From a virus, in IMG/VR virus record IMGVR_UViG_3300031787_011371, positions 1 through 64,000 of that record: a stretch of 64,000 nucleotides of DNA. One strand, 5' to 3'. The first letter of the stretch is position 1, and each line of letters opens with the position of its first letter. Below are positions 60,486-64,000 of this stretch, one piece after another. The notes below the pieces were generated by a model. It was not told where the DNA came from and did not search any database. It saw nothing but the letters and a program-made list of their open reading frames with translations. The translations under genes were made by a program, and so were the position numbers.

Positions 60486-61220
60486 ATGAAAATTACTAAA
60501 GAAGAATTAAAGCAAATCATTAGAGAGGAAGCTTATAAATTTAAAAAGAAATTACAGCTAGAAAGTGAACTTGCAGAAATAGAATCACAACTTAATGAAG
60601 TCGAAGCTGGTAGCCTTTATGATGCTGGAGAATCTGCTGGCAAAAAATATAAAGCAGAATTTGAACATTTAGATAATGAATTTGGTATTCCAGGAGAAAC
60701 TGAAACTTATATGGAAGAAGTTGAAATGGAAGAAGAGGCATATGAAGATGTTCAAAATGAAGAAGATTTGAACTTAGAAGCTATCTTAGCTGAAATTATG
60801 TCAGAAGATTCAAATGAAGAAGTTGCTGAAGAGTGTGGTACATATGAAGAGACTTATATGGAAGAATCTGATGATAATGATGCAGATGACTTAACTAATG
60901 AACTTTATAAAGAAGAAACTCTTTCAGAAGGTGAAATTAAAAAAGCAACTATTTTAATCTCTGAGCAAGCTAGAATGAAAAGATTGGCTGGTGTAATTTC
61001 TGAATCTGAAGAAAAAATGTTACAAGAAATTACTTGGATGCAAGAGTTGATGGGAGATGAAATATTAACTTTTGGCAAAGGATTAATCGGTATGCTTGGA
61101 ACACTTTCTTTACCAGGATTACTTTGGTTTTCTCAATGGATAAAAACTAAAAAAGAAAAAGGCGTAAAAGCTACTAAAGAAGAATTAGACGATGCTTTAA
61201 AAACAGCAAAATCAAAATAA
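60486..61220 (+). CDS. Acidic protein, putative head-internal protein
   Basis: MKITKEELKQIIREE; RMKRLAGVISE; Glu-rich. Confidence 0.6.
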   Translation: MKITKEELKQIIREEAYKFKKKLQLESELAEIESQLNEVEAGSLYDAGESAGKKYKAEFEHLDNEFGIPGETETYMEEVEMEEEAYEDVQNEEDLNLEAILAEIMSEDSNEEVAEECGTYEETYMEESDDNDADDLTNELYKEETLSEGEIKKATILISEQARMKRLAGVISESEEKMLQEITWMQELMGDEILTFGKGLIGMLGTLSLPGLLWFSQWIKTKKEKGVKATKEELDDALKTAKSK

Positions 61221-61229
61221 TTAAATTAT

Positions 61230-61275
61230 AATCAAAAAAAACCCTCAGCAATTAAGTTGAGGGTTTTTTTTGATT
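61230..61275. terminator. Bidirectional intrinsic terminator between convergent genes
   Basis: AATCAAAAAAAACCCTCAGC / GTTGAGGGTTTTTTTTGATT. Confidence 0.85.
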
Positions 61276-61287
61276 TAAAAATTAAAA

Positions 61288-61503
61288 TTACAAAACCATT
61301 TTTCCTGACATATTACCTTCTGATATTTCAAAAGAATTATGACAACAATTACATGTATATACTTTTACATTTTTAGTTTGTTGTATTTGTTGGCCTTGTG
61401 AATCTAACAATAAATTACTTCCGTTTTCTATAACGGTTTTTACACTTTCCAAAAAAGTTGCACTATCACAACCATGTGGACATTTCATTTTTTGAATTAA
61501 CAT
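61288..61503 (-). CDS. Small zinc-ribbon protein
   Basis: CPHGC ... CNCC. Confidence 0.65.
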   Translation of the reverse strand: MLIQKMKCPHGCDSATFLESVKTVIENGSNLLLDSQGQQIQQTKNVKVYTCNCCHNSFEISEGNMSGKMVL

Positions 61504-61547
61504 AACTTATAATTTTAACTATTAATTATAATTATAAATAGTTTAAA

Positions 61548-62258
61548 TTATTCATTTTTATAAGATTCTAATATTTTAGCAATTACTGGATTTCTTACCA
61601 CATCTGTTTCTTCAAACTTAAAAATTCCAACTTCTGTCATATTTGAAAGTCTTTTTAAAGCATCATAAAGTCCAGTTTCAGATGTGTCTCTATACCTGTC
61701 TGACTGTTCCAAATCTCCAGAAATTATAAATTTACTTTTCCATCCAATTCTTGTTAACATTGTTTTCATTTGTCTTTTGGTAGAGTTTTGAAACTCTTCT
61801 GCTATTAATATTGAATGGTCAACATTTATACCTCTCATATATGCTAAAGGCATAATTTGTATAATTTCAGATTCCATTAAATTATGAACTGCTTGTTTTC
61901 CTATAATTTTTTCAAATAAATATAGTGTTGAATAAGTGTATGGCGCCATTTTTTCCAAAATATCACCAGGCAAAAATCCTAACTTTTCATCAGCTTCTAC
62001 TGCTGGTGTTGTTATTACTATTTTATAAAATTCATTATTTGGTGATGATAATAATTGTAGAGCTTTTAACGCTGTTAGATAAGATTTTCCTACTCCTGCT
62101 GGACCTGAACATATGATTATTTCTTTGTTTTCAATCAGGTCATAAAATTCTTTTTGTTTTTGATTTTTTTCTTTAAAATAAATATCTCCTATTACTGTTT
62201 TTAAAAATTGTTTTGTGTCGTTTCCTTTTCCTTTTTTAATTGTTTTTTTGTTTGTCAT
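61548..62258 (-). CDS. phoH: PhoH-family ATPase
   Basis: GPAGVGKS, LGFLPG, LAYMRG, EEFQN, LTRIG, GDLEQ, VVRNP. Confidence 0.93.
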   Translation of the reverse strand: MTNKKTIKKGKGNDTKQFLKTVIGDIYFKEKNQKQKEFYDLIENKEIIICSGPAGVGKSYLTALKALQLLSSPNNEFYKIVITTPAVEADEKLGFLPGDILEKMAPYTYSTLYLFEKIIGKQAVHNLMESEIIQIMPLAYMRGINVDHSILIAEEFQNSTKRQMKTMLTRIGWKSKFIISGDLEQSDRYRDTSETGLYDALKRLSNMTEVGIFKFEETDVVRNPVIAKILESYKNE

Positions 62259-62360
62259 ACAGTTAAAATTTATTTTGTTTATAAATAGTTTGATAATTTA
62301 TAATATTTATTATTGTCAAGTTAATTTTACTTTATATTTATTTTTAAGAAAAAGAATTTT

Positions 62361-63308
62361 ATGGAAAAAATTACAACATCACAACTGGAAGAAATGATAA
62401 AGAATAAGTTTTTAGAAAAAGGTGTTTCTAAAGACGATATAACAAATGAAATATTAAAAAACATTTCAGAAAGAATAAAAACTGAAGTCAAGAACTCTTT
62501 GCCAACAAATGTAAATAGTGGTGGTGGAGAAATTGTAAATGTTGATATTTCTAAACAAGAAGTACCTAAAGATATGCCTGGAGAAAAGCCTGAATCTATA
62601 ACTACATCTGTTGAATCAAATGAAGAATTTCAAGAGATGTATAAAAAAGAAGGAGAATTAGAAGCTAAAGAAAGAGCTTTACTTGAAAAAGAAGAAGAAC
62701 TTAGAAGAAAAGAAGAAGAACTTAGAAGCAAAGAAGAAGAATTACAATATAAGCCAGAAGTTCCAGAAAAACTTGAAAACCTAGGTTGTGAAAAATTATT
62801 TGTTTTCAATGAAAACGATTTAAGTGTTGGTGCAGAAAAACTTTCAAATACTTACATGAACTTAGTTGAAGACCCAGAAAACAAAACAAGCATGAAAGAC
62901 TTGTGGCTTAAAGATGGAAAAAGAGATGCTGAAGTATTTATTGTAAATTTTGAAAAAATAGGCAGAATAGAATTTGACCCATTTGAAGGGATTTCTAATT
63001 TTATAAATGAAAAAGAAAATTCAGAATTAGAAGGTCCAACTTCAACAGATGATTATGAAAGTTCTGAAAATAATTCTAATGGTAATATGATTGACTCTAT
63101 AGCGCCAGTAAAAGATGTGATTAGACCAATGTCTAATGATATGGGGCTTGATGTGCAAAATAGTACAGGAGAATATCAAAATTTAGAAACAGGTGCATCA
63201 GTACAAAATGTAGATGAAGAAAGTTTTGAAGAATTATTAAATTCTAAATTAAAAGAAATAATTAAAAATTATTTGAGTGGTCAAATTGTTTTAGGACAAA
63301 AAAAATAA
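62361..63308 (+). CDS. Acidic coiled-coil protein with short EEEL repeats
   Basis: MEKITTSQLEEMIK; KEEELRRKEEELRSKEEEL. Confidence 0.6.
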   Translation: MEKITTSQLEEMIKNKFLEKGVSKDDITNEILKNISERIKTEVKNSLPTNVNSGGGEIVNVDISKQEVPKDMPGEKPESITTSVESNEEFQEMYKKEGELEAKERALLEKEEELRRKEEELRSKEEELQYKPEVPEKLENLGCEKLFVFNENDLSVGAEKLSNTYMNLVEDPENKTSMKDLWLKDGKRDAEVFIVNFEKIGRIEFDPFEGISNFINEKENSELEGPTSTDDYESSENNSNGNMIDSIAPVKDVIRPMSNDMGLDVQNSTGEYQNLETGASVQNVDEESFEELLNSKLKEIIKNYLSGQIVLGQKK

Positions 63309-63796
63309 TGATTAAAGAATCTTATAAAAATAGAATCAAAAAATTGGCAGGCTTAATTTCTGAAGAGGAAGTTAAGCTTTCTGCTAATACTGGTAGAAGT
63401 GATGATGGTACTTTGAGTTGGTATTCTGAAAACTATCTTCTTGATTTGGGTTCTAAAATATTAAGTGAATTAGATAATATTGTTGAAAAAGACAATTCTT
63501 TAACTTTAAAATTATTGAAAAGTTCAACTAAAATGAATGCAAATTCACTTTTTATTAGTTTATCTATTTCTGGGTATATTGGAGAAAAAGAAATAGATGA
63601 AAATTTTGAAATAACATTATCTGTTCAATTCTCAAATGATTCCAACACTGTTTCCTCAGTTAATTATAGAGGTGTAACAAATAGGTTTAATTTAAACTCA
63701 AAACACTCTTCTGATGACCTAAAAATGTTTGTATCAGAAGTTACTGACAATATAATGAATTCAATTAAATTGTCAAATTTAAACCCAAAATCTTAA
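63308..63796 (+). CDS. Hypothetical protein with a RIKKLAG motif
   Basis: MIKESYKNRIKKLAGLISEE; TAATG coupling. Confidence 0.6.
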   Translation: MIKESYKNRIKKLAGLISEEEVKLSANTGRSDDGTLSWYSENYLLDLGSKILSELDNIVEKDNSLTLKLLKSSTKMNANSLFISLSISGYIGEKEIDENFEITLSVQFSNDSNTVSSVNYRGVTNRFNLNSKHSSDDLKMFVSEVTDNIMNSIKLSNLNPKS

Positions 63797-63871
63797 TTTT
63801 TTTTTCTTTTTTATTTATTATTTACTTTATTTAAAAATAAAGGTATATTCGAACATATTTAAAAAACAATT

Positions 63872-64000
63872 ATGAATACTTGGAAAATTTTAAACAAATC
63901 AAATCAAGAGGTTAAGGTTGCTTGCAAAACAGCTTCTATGGCCTCAAAAGGAATAATTTTACAACCTAATGAATTTTGTATTTCAGAAGCACAATTAACA
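63872..64000 (+). CDS. 3'-truncated hypothetical protein
   Basis: ATG at 63872, open to the window end (MNTWKILNKSNQEVKVACK...). Confidence 0.55.
   Translation, partial: MNTWKILNKSNQEVKVACKTASMASKGIILQPNEFCISEAQLT

Noticed and set aside
8954-62397. Many 60-130 aa ORFs antisense to or nested in long genes
   Set aside because: They fully overlap well-supported genes and have no recognisable motifs or expression signals.
1-64000. Stop-codon reassignment
   Set aside because: Genes tile the window intact under code 11. TAA dominates and TGA is used as a stop; no fragmented genes were seen.
1-64000. tRNA, rRNA, intron or intein elements
   Set aside because: No cloverleaf/T-loop signatures in the short intergenic gaps, and no split genes or intein motifs were recognised by eye.

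Overview
This window is an AT-rich, gene-dense segment of a large tailed phage with T4-like elements: gp25- and gp6-like baseplate genes, an HxH spike, a gp55-like sigma factor and PhoH. TTTG-N19/20-TAnnTTTG promoters and SD-less A-rich starts point to a Bacteroidota host. Layout: (1) 1-8.8 kb, fibre/adhesin genes (Pro-free Gly-X-Y Ser/Thr repeats, about 45 SHAEG YadA-like repeats, three LamG paralogs); (2) 8.8-18.6 kb, a glycosylation operon ending in a GT4 fused to a TibC/Aah-like protein O-glycosyltransferase, convergent on the fibre gene; (3) 18.7-34.3 kb, baseplate/tail structural genes; (4) 34.3-41.9 kb, sigma factor, two GTs, two apparent pseudo-enzymes and a metallophosphoesterase; (5) 41.9-59.9 kb, a second glycan island (galE, gmd, fcl, GT2/GT4/GT6/GT10, many methyltransferases); (6) 60-64 kb, acidic putative head proteins and phoH. 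The leading hypothesis is a phage-encoded cytoplasmic system that glycosylates and methylates the phage's own Ser/Thr-rich fibres. Non-coding candidates include a two-state RNA structure in the fibre leader, a small RNA unit beside the sigma gene, and a TATTTATA late-promoter motif. All family assignments come from reading motifs by eye; no database searches were run.
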